This document shows positions 1 through 9,120 of a stretch of 27,092 nucleotides of DNA, piece by piece. The translations under genes were made by a program, and so were the position numbers. The DNA is from Agathobacter rectalis. GTDB lineage: Bacteria > Verrucomicrobiota > Kiritimatiellia > RFP12 > DVOR01. The notes beneath the pieces are model-generated. The model worked only from the letters and a program-made list of their open reading frames with translations. It did no database searches and had not been told where the DNA came from. Each line of letters begins with the position of its first letter. Position 1 is the first letter of the stretch. The stretch lies in assembly GCA_963608725.1 (NCBI GenBank), contig CAVDHG010000001.1, positions 1-27,092 on the forward strand, read 5' to 3'.

Positions 1-20
1 GCTCCGCGTGCCCGGAAGGG

Positions 21-1814
21 CTAGGCGGAGCGTTCGCCGGAGAGGGGGAGGTGGAGGGTAAAGGTGGTGCCCTCGCCGGGAGTGGAGGCGACGGTTACCG
101 AGCCATGGTGGAGGAGGGCGGTGTGTTTGACAATCGCCAGCCCCAGCCCCGTCCCGCCATTCTCCCGGGAACGATCCTTGTGGACGCGGTAGAAGCGCTC
201 GAAGAGGCGGGGGAGGTGCTCGGGAGCAATCCCGCACCCGGCGTCGCGCACGGCAATCTGGACGTCCTGCCCCTGCACGGCGCAGGAGAGCTCCACGTAG
301 GGGGAGGAGGCGTGGCGCAAGGCGTTGGAGATGAGGTTGACGAGGGCTTGCTCTAAGAGGCGGGGGTCGCCATAGAGCGTAACGGAATCATCGGGGCAGA
401 GGTGGAGGCGAAGCTCCACACCGCGCCGGTCGGCTTCATCCTGGCAGAGGGCGACGGCTCCCTGCAGGAGGGCGTTGAGGTGGAGGGAGGTAAAGGCGGA
501 CTCCGGGGTGCCCTGGCGTCGCTCAATGGCAGCAAGCGAGAGGATGTCCTGCACCAGGTCGCCGAGGCGCCGGGACTGGCGAGCGAGGATCTCCAAGCAC
601 CGCCTGCGGGCAGGCTCCTCAAGCGGAGTCTCCAGGAGGGTCTCTACGGTTGAGAGGATCGCCGTGAGGGGGGTCTTAATCTCGTGGGAGACGTTGGCAA
701 CGAAGTCCGAGCGGATCGATTCGAGGCGACGCAGGTCGGTAAGATCGGTCAGCACCAGGAGGAGGCAGAGCGCGCCGTTGCGCTCCATCCGGACGGCGTG
801 CGCCAAGAGCGAACGCTCACCGGTGCCCTCCTGCAGGGGAATCTCGCGGGCATGGATGGTCGGCTCCTTAAAGGCTTCGCGGACGTAGTCCACGAGCGGG
901 GGGCAGGCGGTGCGCTCAATCCTAAAGCCCTTCCAGCGGATGCTCTCGCCGAAGAGGTTGGCGGCGGCGCGGTTGGCGCGGAGAATCTCGCCATCCTGAG
1001 AGACGAGGAGGAGGGGCTCGTGCATGGTGTTGAAGAGCGCGTCGAACTCGTTGCGCTCCCGGCGCAGGTCGTCAATCCGGAAGCGAAGCTGTCTGCCCAT
1101 GATGGCGACGGCTTGGGTCAGCTCGCGCAGGGGGCCGCCCCGGGGGATGGGAATGGGGGTTTGCAGGTGCCCGCGGGCAATCGCCGTGGCGGCGTTTTGC
1201 AGGGTGATGAACTGCGGGCGCACGCGTAGGAAGAGGTAAGCGAGGAGGAAGGCGACCAGCCCCGCGCCAATCAGCAGGGCGAAGGCAATCTCCCAGCGCA
1301 CTTGCGTGAGCACGCGGTTGATAGTGGACATCGGGATGGAGGCGCGGATCACCCAATCGCCCTCACGCACGGCGTGGTAGAGGAGCCATGAGCCCATGGT
1401 TACGGAGTAGCGCATGGAGAAGGAGTGGTGAGCCTCAGAGCCGGGAGCGGGGATAAGCGGCTCGGCAGCAAGCACCTCGGGGCGGGAGGCGTGATTGACC
1501 AGGGCGGCTTTAGGGGCGTCCGAATCGGCAACGACGTTCCCGGCGGAATCGATGATCGTGATACGCAGGGGGCGACCGCAGAAGTAGGCAATGCGCTTGG
1601 AGACGGTCTCGAAATCGCGGTTTTTAAGGTCGTCGCGCAAGAGTCCGGCGAAGAACTGGGTGCGCTCGGCGAGGGCGGCTCGCGCTTCGTCGAGGTAGGA
1701 CTGCTCAAAGGCGCGGAACTGCACCACCAGCAGGGTAACGGCGAGCACCACCAGAGCCAGTGCCCCGAGAGGGAGCGCGAGGAGGAGAAGGTCGCGTTGT
1801 TTCAAGCGGCGCAT
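21..1814 (-). CDS. phoR: Phosphate regulon sensor histidine kinase (2 TM, HAMP, PAS-like, HisKA, HATPase)
   Basis: H-box FVANVSHEIKTPL, N-box NLISNA, G1 DAGCGI, F-box LFERFYRV, G2 GGTGLGLAIVKH. Start trimmed to ATG 1814 (MRRLKQ), preceded by AAGGAG; the 5' part of the 773-aa ORF is an out-of-frame shadow of phoB. Confidence 0.92.
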   Translation of the reverse strand: MRRLKQRDLLLLALPLGALALVVLAVTLLVVQFRAFEQSYLDEARAALAERTQFFAGLLRDDLKNRDFETVSKRIAYFCGRPLRITIIDSAGNVVADSDAPKAALVNHASRPEVLAAEPLIPAPGSEAHHSFSMRYSVTMGSWLLYHAVREGDWVIRASIPMSTINRVLTQVRWEIAFALLIGAGLVAFLLAYLFLRVRPQFITLQNAATAIARGHLQTPIPIPRGGPLRELTQAVAIMGRQLRFRIDDLRRERNEFDALFNTMHEPLLLVSQDGEILRANRAAANLFGESIRWKGFRIERTACPPLVDYVREAFKEPTIHAREIPLQEGTGERSLLAHAVRMERNGALCLLLVLTDLTDLRRLESIRSDFVANVSHEIKTPLTAILSTVETLLETPLEEPARRRCLEILARQSRRLGDLVQDILSLAAIERRQGTPESAFTSLHLNALLQGAVALCQDEADRRGVELRLHLCPDDSVTLYGDPRLLEQALVNLISNALRHASSPYVELSCAVQGQDVQIAVRDAGCGIAPEHLPRLFERFYRVHKDRSRENGGTGLGLAIVKHTALLHHGSVTVASTPGEGTTFTLHLPLSGERSA

Positions 1815-1821
1815 AGGGGGA

Positions 1822-2517
1822 TCAAGCTCCTTGAGTGGCAGTGCTCCGCATGCGGTAGCCCACGCCACGGACGGTTTCAAGGCGTTCGCCAAAGGTGCCG
1901 AGCTTCCGGCGGAGGGAGACGATGGTAACGTCGACAGCGCGGTCGGTAACCGGGTAGTCATCGCCCTTCGTGCGGGAGACGATTTGGCTTCGGGTGTAGA
2001 CGTGCCCGGGGCGGGCGCAGAGGAGGGCAAGCATGTCGAATTCGCCACAGGTGAGGGCGAGGTCTTTGCCTTCGAGCGTAGCGCGGCGTTGCCCAGGGGT
2101 GAGCAGGAGCCCGGCGTAGTGGATGGTCTCCTCGGGCGGTTCCTCGGAGCCACGGCGCAGGAGGGCGCGGATGCGGGCAACGAGGACTTTGTTGCTGAAG
2201 GGCTTCGTAACGTAGTCGGCGGCGCCAAGCTCCAAGCCGAGGACAACGTCGCTCTCCTCGCTCTTGGCGGTGAGCATGAGGACGGGGATGGCGGCGAGGG
2301 CGGGATCGGCACGCAGGTGGCGGAGGACGTCGGTGCCGTCAAGCCCCGGCAACATCCAGTCGAGGAGGATGAGGTCGGGCTTGACAGACTTGGCGCGCTC
2401 TAGGGCTTGGGCACCGTCGGCGGCTTCAGCGGTGGCGTATCCGGCGGCGGAGAGGTTGATCCGGATAAGCTCGCGGATCGCCTCCTCGTCTTCAACAATC
2501 AAAATCATCTGGCTCAT
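1822..2517 (-). CDS. phoB: OmpR/PhoB-family response regulator
   Basis: Receiver motifs VEDE, LLDWMLPG, LTAK, DYVTKPF; winged-helix end ETVRGVGY; lies in the pst-phoU operon. Confidence 0.92.
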   Translation of the reverse strand: MSQMILIVEDEEAIRELIRINLSAAGYATAEAADGAQALERAKSVKPDLILLDWMLPGLDGTDVLRHLRADPALAAIPVLMLTAKSEESDVVLGLELGAADYVTKPFSNKVLVARIRALLRRGSEEPPEETIHYAGLLLTPGQRRATLEGKDLALTCGEFDMLALLCARPGHVYTRSQIVSRTKGDDYPVTDRAVDVTIVSLRRKLGTFGERLETVRGVGYRMRSTATQGA

Positions 2518-3196
2518 TCGGTTTCTCCTGCGGGTTCAGGTGGCTGGCGTGGCGCACGATGCGCCCCTCCTCCAAGTACACCACATCTTCGCAGATATTG
2601 GTGGCGATGTCGGCAATCCGCTCTAAGGCGCGGGAAATCGCCAGACACCGTAGAGTATAGCCCGCCTGAGGGGGATTTTTCAAGAGCCGTTCGCGGACAA
2701 GGCGGACGTTCTGAGCGTGGAGAGCGTCAACCGCATCGTCGGCGCGGATGACGGCGCGGGCGCGATCGGGGCGGTGGCAGACAAAGGCGTCGAGGGCTTC
2801 GCGCATCATGTGGGTGGCTTTCGTTGCCATCTCGTCGAAGTTGAAGCGCGCCTCTTCCGGCACCGAGGCGAAGTCCGAGGAGAGCGCGTGGGCAGCAATC
2901 CCGGCGGCGAGGTCGGCGGCGCGCTCAAGCTCGCCATTCACCTTCAGGATGGTGACGAGCAGGCGCAAGTCCCCGGCAACGGGTTGGTAGAGCGCCATCA
3001 GCTTGAGGCACTCCTCCTCGATGCCGACTTCCGCTTCGTCAATTTGCGTGTCGTGCTCAATGATCTCGCGGGCGGAGGCGCCGTCGCCAGTCGCGATAGC
3101 GTGCATGGCACCCAGGAGGGCGGCGTCGGAGGCGGTGGCTAAGTCCAGCAGACGGCGTTTGAGTCCGTCTATTTCATGGGTAAAACGTTCGCGCAT
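2492..3196 (-). CDS. phoU: Phosphate signalling complex protein PhoU
   Basis: YQPVAGDLR, ELERAAD, DDAVD, LERIADIATNICEDVVY motifs; overlaps the phoB start by 26 nt. Confidence 0.95.
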   Translation of the reverse strand: MRERFTHEIDGLKRRLLDLATASDAALLGAMHAIATGDGASAREIIEHDTQIDEAEVGIEEECLKLMALYQPVAGDLRLLVTILKVNGELERAADLAAGIAAHALSSDFASVPEEARFNFDEMATKATHMMREALDAFVCHRPDRARAVIRADDAVDALHAQNVRLVRERLLKNPPQAGYTLRCLAISRALERIADIATNICEDVVYLEEGRIVRHASHLNPQEKPNEPDDFDC

Positions 3197-3215
3197 GGTC
3201 GGTTCCTTTCCTCTC

Positions 3216-3989
3216 TTATCCGAAGCGTCCGGTGATGTAGTCTTCGGTGCGCTTCTCTTTCGGGGCGGTGAAGATCTGCTTGGTCGGGCCCGTCTCGATG
3301 ATGCGCCCCTTGTAGAAGAAGGCGGTGCGGTCGCTGATGCGGGCGGCTTGTTGCATGTTGTGGGTAACGATCACGATGGTGAAGCGTTCGCGCAAGCGCA
3401 GGAGGAGGTCTTCGATCTTGAGCGTCGCGACCGGGTCGATCGCGCTCGTCGGTTCGTCCATCAGGAGCACCTCCGGCTCGGCGGCGATGGCGCGGGCGAT
3501 GCAGAGGCGTTGCTGTTGCCCGCCGGAGAGGGCAAGCCCGGACTTCTTCAGTTGATCCTTGACTTCGTCCCACAAGCTCGCGCCGGTGAGTGCCGCCTCC
3601 ACGCGCTCCTCGAGTTCGCGACGCGTGAGCCGCCAATGGAGGCGCAAGGGGTAGGCAACGTTGTCGAAGACGCTCATCGGGAAGGGCGTGGGCTTCTGGA
3701 AGATCATGCCCACCCGGCGGCGCAGGTCGAGGAGGTCGGTGTGAGGGTCGAGGATGTTCTCGCCATCGAGGAGGACTTCGCCCTCGGCGCGTTGCCCGCG
3801 GTGCAGGGAGTAGATGCGGTTGTAGGTGCGCAGGTGCGTAGACTTCCCGCACCCCGAGGGACCGATAACCGCCGTGATGCGCTTCTCGGGGATGTCGAGG
3901 TTGTTGGAGAAGAGTGCCTGATGCCCGCCTTCATAGTAGAAGGAGAGGTTGCGGGCGCATATCTTTATCTTTGGGGTTTCGCTTGCCAT
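3216..3989 (-). CDS. pstB: Phosphate ABC transporter ATP-binding protein
   Basis: Walker [31 protein letters not shown], Walker [19 protein letters not shown]-terminal YITGRFG. Confidence 0.97.
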   Translation of the reverse strand: MASETPKIKICARNLSFYYEGGHQALFSNNLDIPEKRITAVIGPSGCGKSTHLRTYNRIYSLHRGQRAEGEVLLDGENILDPHTDLLDLRRRVGMIFQKPTPFPMSVFDNVAYPLRLHWRLTRRELEERVEAALTGASLWDEVKDQLKKSGLALSGGQQQRLCIARAIAAEPEVLLMDEPTSAIDPVATLKIEDLLLRLRERFTIVIVTHNMQQAARISDRTAFFYKGRIIETGPTKQIFTAPKEKRTEDYITGRFG

Positions 3990-3990
3990 G

Positions 3991-4863
3991 TTAAGCTTTC
4001 CGTTCGTGGAAGAAGAGACGCGTGGTGAGATTCACGGCGAAGACAAGGAGCGTAATCACAAGCGCAGCTCCCCATCCCGCCCGATGCATAGCTTCGAAGG
4101 GCGAATTCGTGGCGTATTCCGTGATCAAGACGGGGATGTTCGCCGTCGGCCCCGAGAAGAAGTCCACCGGCCAGCGGTTCGCGAAGAGCGCGGTGAAGAG
4201 CAGGGGAGCCGTCTCTCCGGAGGCGCGTGCCACCGCGAGGAGAACCCCCGTTACCAATCCGTTGCGCGCCGAACGGCAGACGATCTGCAGAGTAACGCGT
4301 GTTCGGGTTAGCCCGAGAGCCAGCCCGGATTCGCGCAGGGTGTCCGGCACCATGAGGAGCATGTCTTCCGTGGTGCGCATCACCACCGGGAACATCAGGA
4401 TTGCCAGAGCCACCGAGCCTGCGAACCCCGAGAAGCATCCCATGGGGATCACCAGCACGATGTAGACGAAGAGACCCACGATGACCGAGGGCATTCCCAT
4501 CATTACGTTGGCGCAGAAACGCAGGGCGTCGGCAAGGCGCGACTTCTTTCCGAATTCCGAAAGCCAGATGCCCGCGCAGATTGCAAGAGGCACCGCGAGC
4601 ACCACCGCGCCAAGCGTGATCAGGAGCGTGCCGAGTAGAGCGTTGGCAATGCCCGCACCGGGAAGCCCGTAAGGCTTAGATGGGTTGGTGAGGAAGTCCC
4701 ACCCGAGCACGCCCGCGCCCTTCACGACAATCGTCCCCAGCACCCAGAACATCGCCCCGACGGCGATAGCGAGAGCCACGCAAGAGAAGCCTTGCACCAG
4801 AGTGTTTTGAACCTTGCGCCAGAAGGGCGACCGGCGCCGCGTGAGCGGTTGTAACGCGCCCAT
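3991..4863 (-). CDS. pstA: Phosphate ABC transporter permease PstA
   Basis: Hydrophobic; [18 protein letters not shown] (EAA-loop), [18 protein letters not shown]-coupled to the pstC stop. Confidence 0.95.
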   Translation of the reverse strand: MGALQPLTRRRSPFWRKVQNTLVQGFSCVALAIAVGAMFWVLGTIVVKGAGVLGWDFLTNPSKPYGLPGAGIANALLGTLLITLGAVVLAVPLAICAGIWLSEFGKKSRLADALRFCANVMMGMPSVIVGLFVYIVLVIPMGCFSGFAGSVALAILMFPVVMRTTEDMLLMVPDTLRESGLALGLTRTRVTLQIVCRSARNGLVTGVLLAVARASGETAPLLFTALFANRWPVDFFSGPTANIPVLITEYATNSPFEAMHRAGWGAALVITLLVFAVNLTTRLFFHERKA

Positions 4864-5771
4864 TATGCATTCCCCCGTTTAGAACCCGTCAAGCGCAGGT
4901 AGTATTGGGCAACCGCCTGAATACCAAACGCCATCAGGAAGAGTAACAGCCCCAGTGCAAAGAGCGCACTGCGTTGGATGCCGTCAGCCTCGGCGAAGTT
5001 GTTCGCGAGCGTGGCAGCGATGGTGGTGCACCCTTCGAGGAGCGACGTCGGCACCTGGATGACGTTCCCCGCGACGAAGAGAACTGCCATCGTCTCGCCC
5101 AGCGCACGCCCCAACCCGATAAAGACGCCTCCGATCAGCCCCCGTGCGCCGAACCTTAGCAGGATGTCCCGCGCCGTCTCCCAGCGCGTGCACCCCACGC
5201 CAAACGCCGCCTCGCGCAGGATCGGTGGCGTCATGCTCAGCACGTCGCGCATTACCGCGCAGATGTAAGGCAGAATCATCAGCGAGAGGATGAGCCCCGC
5301 CGTCAGCACGCCGAAGCCACTCGCCTCGAACCCCAGCCACTCGCACGCCGACTGCATCAGCGGGCAGATCACGAAGAGCCCCCACATCCCGTAGATAATG
5401 GAGGGAATCGCTGCGAGCAGATCGACCGCCTGCCCGAGCACGCGAGAGAGCGCGGGCGGGGCATCCACGATGGCGAGAGCCGAGACGAACGCCAAGGGCA
5501 ACGCGATGAGGAGCGCAAGAGCCGTCGTGGCAAGCGTGCCTGCCATTGCCGGCCAAGCCCCGAAGACTCCGGCAACTGGGTTCCACTCTGACGACCAGAG
5601 GAACCCGATGCCGAACTGCCTCCACGCCGGGACGCCTGCCAACGTCAGCTGCACCAGGAAGGCGAGAGCCAACAGCCCGCAGACGGTCGCACAGCAGAGG
5701 CAGAGCCGGCGGAAGCAGGCGTCGCTCCAGGCACCTGCTCGCCATGCGCTCCACAGCGTTGCGCTTCTCAT
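4863..5771 (-). CDS. pstC: Phosphate ABC transporter permease PstC
   Basis: WNPV, LAAIPSIIYGMWG, REAAFGVG, LGRALGETMAV; start set at ATG 5771, an ATGA overlap with the pstS stop. Confidence 0.94.
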   Translation of the reverse strand: MRSATLWSAWRAGAWSDACFRRLCLCCATVCGLLALAFLVQLTLAGVPAWRQFGIGFLWSSEWNPVAGVFGAWPAMAGTLATTALALLIALPLAFVSALAIVDAPPALSRVLGQAVDLLAAIPSIIYGMWGLFVICPLMQSACEWLGFEASGFGVLTAGLILSLMILPYICAVMRDVLSMTPPILREAAFGVGCTRWETARDILLRFGARGLIGGVFIGLGRALGETMAVLFVAGNVIQVPTSLLEGCTTIAATLANNFAEADGIQRSALFALGLLLFLMAFGIQAVAQYYLRLTGSKRGNA

Positions 5772-6697
5772 TTCAACACGCCCTTGAGCAAACCATCGCG
5801 CTCGGCTTGACTGAGCGGCGTGTAGCGGAGGGTTGTCGCGACCGGTGCTCCGTCCGTGAGGCACCAGCGGAAGTACGCGTTCAACGCAGCGCGCTTCTCC
5901 GCAGGCGTGTCGTTACGCACAAGGATGTACGTCGTCCCGAGGATGGGCCAATCGCTCTTCTCGGGGTCGACCTTCGCGCCGGACGCGTTGTCCAGTTGCA
6001 CCACGGAAAGCCCAGCCTCGCGGGCGTAGGTGTACTCCGTGTAGCCGATAGCTCCGCGAATCTTCGCGACACTGTTGCAGACCCCAGGGTTCTTCTGCCC
6101 GCCAAGCCCGCAGGGCCACTTGACGCTGGCTCCCGCGCCAACCTGTTCCTTCCACTTCGGCGAGACCGCGCTCAACCACCGTGTGAAGATGGCAGACGTG
6201 CCGGAGCTGTCGGCGCGATGCACCACGGTAACGGACAAGTTCTTCGGCAGTTTCACGCCGGGATTATCTGCTGCGATGCGCGGGTCGTCCCACTGCGTAA
6301 TCTCGCCGAGGAAGAGGAGGGCAAGCGTCTCGTTCGAGAGGTGGAGCGTGCCCTTCTTGACTTTCGGAAGGTTCACGACCGGCACCACCGGTCCGCGCAG
6401 TAAGGGGAACTGCGTCAGCCCCCATGCCTTGCAATCGGCTTCGGAGACAGGGTCATCTGTCCCGGCGAAGTCAACCGTTCCTTCGCGGATCTGGTTACGC
6501 CCGGCACCCGACCCGACCGATTGGTAATTCACCGATGCGCCTAATCCTGCTTCCGTGTAGGCATAGGTCCATGCCTGATAGACCGGAGCCGGGAAGCTCG
6601 CCCCTGCGCCGTTGAGGGAGAGGCGTTCGGCTTGCGCGTGCAGAGCCAAGGAGGCTACCGCCACGAGCATTGCCACTTTCGTGCGTGTTGCTTTCAT
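5768..6697 (-). CDS. pstS: Phosphate ABC transporter substrate-binding protein
   Basis: Signal peptide (AQA); GAGASFPAP, YQSVGSGAG, DFAGTD, HRADSSGTS. ATG 6697 follows AAAGGA; alternative start 6718. Confidence 0.95.
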   Translation of the reverse strand: MKATRTKVAMLVAVASLALHAQAERLSLNGAGASFPAPVYQAWTYAYTEAGLGASVNYQSVGSGAGRNQIREGTVDFAGTDDPVSEADCKAWGLTQFPLLRGPVVPVVNLPKVKKGTLHLSNETLALLFLGEITQWDDPRIAADNPGVKLPKNLSVTVVHRADSSGTSAIFTRWLSAVSPKWKEQVGAGASVKWPCGLGGQKNPGVCNSVAKIRGAIGYTEYTYAREAGLSVVQLDNASGAKVDPEKSDWPILGTTYILVRNDTPAEKRAALNAYFRWCLTDGAPVATTLRYTPLSQAERDGLLKGVLK

Positions 6698-6726
6698 TGT
6701 TCCTTTTCTTCCTTTCATTTGCCCCT

Positions 6727-6780
6727 AGTATCTCAACCCACTGTCAAGCCCCTATGAGTCCCACGTGAGTTTTCCGTTAG
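6727..6780 (-). promoter_or_regulatory. Candidate Pho-box array plus -10 element of the pstS promoter
   Basis: Minus strand: CTAAC-N6-CTCAC-N6-CTCAT-N6-TTGAC (11-bp period), then GATACT (6732-6727) about 10 nt further, the usual PhoB promoter geometry. Confidence 0.55.
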
Positions 6781-6919
6781 CCCACCCCCATCCCCGGCTA
6801 CTGAATAATAAGTAGCGAACGCAGAAAGGACTAGGCACGCGCAACGCACACCCGCGCACCTGCGTTAGTCAATAAAAGAGAAGAAAAGAAGAGCTTCGCG
6901 CCGGAGGCGACGCCTACTG

Positions 6920-7957
6920 CTACTTCTTGATAGCTTCAGGGTGGAGGGCGTACCACCGCTTCTTAAAGAGCTTCCGATTTATTAAAAGGAAGAACCACCG
7001 ACACAGGAAGAACCCGACCGGCGTCCGTAGGAATTGGTAGCGGTAGACTTGGAGCCTCGCGAATAAGCCCTGCGAGAACCAACCTACCGCCGCGCAGGCA
7101 TCGCGGAGATCCTCCCACCAATACATCCCCGCGAGCGAAGGCGCCCGTGTCCACGGTGCATCGTTGGCGTAGTGAATGACGCGTGGCGAGGCGCACTCCC
7201 GTTTTCCGTAAACGACCGAGAACTCGCCCCACCGCCAATCCAGTAACGCCGTTTGCGGCGGGGGGTAGAAGAGATTAAAGAGATCTTGATCTGGGAAGCG
7301 GAGTTTTTCGGCGTGCTTCGCTATAAAGTCTTCCATCCGGCGGATAAAACCTTCCTCGCGCAAGGCGCGAAGGTTCATCATGAGTAGACCCGAGCAGAAG
7401 TAATGCTCGGGGACAACGTTTTTCCTAAGCTGAGCAAAGTCTGTCTGACGCTTGCCACCACTGGAATAGGTCATCAATCCCGAGCCGTCCGGCACCGCCC
7501 AGAGCATAGTCTGGGGCTTGCGCTGTGCCCATAGCTCCGCAATGTCGCGCCTCCAGAACACGTCGGAGTCGGAGTAAATAACGAAATCCTCTTCCGGCAG
7601 AATATCGGGCAGATAACAGCGCACGAAGGGAATCTTCGAAGCACGCCACGCAGGAAGATGCGCAAAGCGCACCAGATCCACCGGATGGAACGCTACACGC
7701 AGGTCAAGATGGGGGAAGTGTTCCTTGAGGCGTTCCACCCGCTTACGGTCTTTTGCCGTAAGTCCCGTGTCCAGAATGTGAAAAACCAAGGATTTCCCCT
7801 TGGAGCAGGAGACGCATATCCCCCACAGCACGACCAAAAGCCCGCGGATAAACTTGTGATTGCAGACGAATGCCGCGGCTATCCGCTCTTTGGAAAGCGA
7901 CGCCTGCTCCTGCCTTTCCGGCGGAGACTGGTGCGAATTGGGAGCGGGTGCATCCAT
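6920..7957 (-). CDS. Glycosyltransferase family 8 protein
   Basis: DxD (YSDSD), YFCSGLLMMNL, FPDQDLFN, IHYAN motifs typical of GT8. Start trimmed to ATG 7957 because a promoter lies inside the ORF's 5' extension. Confidence 0.85.
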   Translation of the reverse strand: MDAPAPNSHQSPPERQEQASLSKERIAAAFVCNHKFIRGLLVVLWGICVSCSKGKSLVFHILDTGLTAKDRKRVERLKEHFPHLDLRVAFHPVDLVRFAHLPAWRASKIPFVRCYLPDILPEEDFVIYSDSDVFWRRDIAELWAQRKPQTMLWAVPDGSGLMTYSSGGKRQTDFAQLRKNVVPEHYFCSGLLMMNLRALREEGFIRRMEDFIAKHAEKLRFPDQDLFNLFYPPPQTALLDWRWGEFSVVYGKRECASPRVIHYANDAPWTRAPSLAGMYWWEDLRDACAAVGWFSQGLFARLQVYRYQFLRTPVGFFLCRWFFLLINRKLFKKRWYALHPEAIKK

Positions 7958-7967
7958 GACGCATCTT

Positions 7968-7996
7968 ATGATACCCTCCCTCACCCGTGCCGTCAA
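7968..7996 (-). promoter_or_regulatory. Sigma70-type promoter of the GT8 gene
   Basis: TTGACG (7996-7991), 17-nt spacer, TATCAT (7973-7968). Confidence 0.7.
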
Positions 7997-8055
7997 GCCT
8001 TTTCTCTCCTTTTTCACCTAATCTTCCTCCTTTTTCCGCCTTTTTGCCTCACCCT

Positions 8056-8134
8056 CCCGCAACCGAGTTTGGGGTGTGTCCGCACCGAGATTGGGTGAAA
8101 CGCGGTGCGGAGGGAGGGGGATCGCGGTTGCGGG
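8056..8134. repeat. Intergenic palindromic repeat, copy A (3 x 22-bp modules)
   Basis: Outer IR CCCGCAACCG (8056-8065)/CGGTTGCGGG (8125-8134); inner IR TCCGCACCG (8079-8087)/CGGTGCGGA (8103-8111). Confidence 0.9.
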
Positions 8135-8165
8135 GGGAGTTAGTTGAGGTGCGACACGAAAGGGG

Positions 8166-8209
8166 AAAAGAACCTAGGGGAAGCCCGCTTGGGCTTCAGG
8201 GTTCTTTTT
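8166..8209. terminator. Probable bidirectional intrinsic terminator downstream of the esterase gene
   Basis: GAAGCCC-GCTT-GGGCTTC stem, extended by AAAAGAACC/GGTTCTTTT. A second hairpin (GAAGGCT...AGCCTTC) lies at 8229-8255. Confidence 0.65.
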
Positions 8210-8265
8210 GGTAGGTATGTGAGAGAGGGAAGGCTTCGTTCAACGCGGAGCCTTCGGGTGCGCCA

Positions 8266-9120
8266 TCAATCCGGCGTAACGTAGGCTTTCAGCTGACGGA
8301 AGAGGGCGTGTACGGGGGTTTGACCCTGCGCGGATTCCACCTTGCCCCGCTTCTGACGGAAGACCCACCTTAGCATGGCGGAATCGCCAAAGGCGCGTCC
8401 CCAGATGTTGTGCCCCGCGCCTTCGTACTCCGTGTACTTGGCACCAACGCCTTCTCGCATGAGCGCGGCGATGAGTCGCCTCGAATAGGCAACCGGCACG
8501 GTAGGATCCTGCGAGCCGTGGAACGCCCAAATCGACGTCTTTGCCATCGCCTTAACCGCGCTCTCCGTTGCCGAGCCACCTCCGCAGACTGGCACCGCCG
8601 CGGCGAAATACCCTTCCCAACGCGCAATGGCATCCCACGCGCCGTAACCGCCGAGGGAGTAGCCCCCGATGTAGAGTCGCTCCGGATCCGCCGTCCCCTC
8701 CGCGACCAGCGCGTCCAGATACTCCTTCACCGTGCGCAAGGCGGGAGCCGGGTAACGCGGAAGCTTCGTCTCCTCCGTAAAGGTCGTAATCCGCACCCAG
8801 CCATTCTGGCGCGTACACTGCGGAATCACGTAGAGCGCGGGAGGCAACGAGGAGTCGAGGAGTGCCGACTTGTATAAGCTCTGGAAGGGCGCCAACTGCG
8901 CCGAGTTGTCCGCGCCGCACTCGCCACTGCCGTGGAGGAGGACGAGCACCGGCACCGGGCGGTCTTTCGGCTGGTAGTGTCGCCACAGGCGCACGGGCAT
9001 GGTCTCGCCGAAGCGGTTCGTAATCGCCGAAGCCTCGAACTGTTCTGCCATCGAGAACTGCGCCTGCGCGAGAGTGGCGCAACCGCACAGCAGGAGAAGA
9101 AGCAACGCCTTACGCATCAC
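8266..9120 (-). CDS. Secreted alpha/beta-hydrolase (esterase/phospholipase/peptidase-like)
   Basis: Signal peptide (AQA), LHGSGE, nucleophile GYSLG, FHGSQDPTVP, GHNIW (Ser-Asp-His triad); ATGA-coupled to the acyltransferase stop. Confidence 0.85.
   Translation of the reverse strand: MMRKALLLLLLCGCATLAQAQFSMAEQFEASAITNRFGETMPVRLWRHYQPKDRPVPVLVLLHGSGECGADNSAQLAPFQSLYKSALLDSSLPPALYVIPQCTRQNGWVRITTFTEETKLPRYPAPALRTVKEYLDALVAEGTADPERLYIGGYSLGGYGAWDAIARWEGYFAAAVPVCGGGSATESAVKAMAKTSIWAFHGSQDPTVPVAYSRRLIAALMREGVGAKYTEYEGAGHNIWGRAFGDSAMLRWVFRQKRGKVESAQGQTPVHALFRQLKAYVTPD

Noticed and set aside
1815..2342. N-terminal extensions of ORF-track calls (phoR here; likewise pstC, GT8, exonuclease, zinc-finger protein, pyrK, kinase, antiporter, ribF)
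   Set aside because: They overlap upstream genes, promoters or repeats; downstream ATGs with an RBS or stop-start coupling fit better.
6920..7957. GT8 gene as a horizontally acquired island
   Set aside because: It looks somewhat more AT-rich by eye, but this was not quantified and no mobility genes or att sites are visible.
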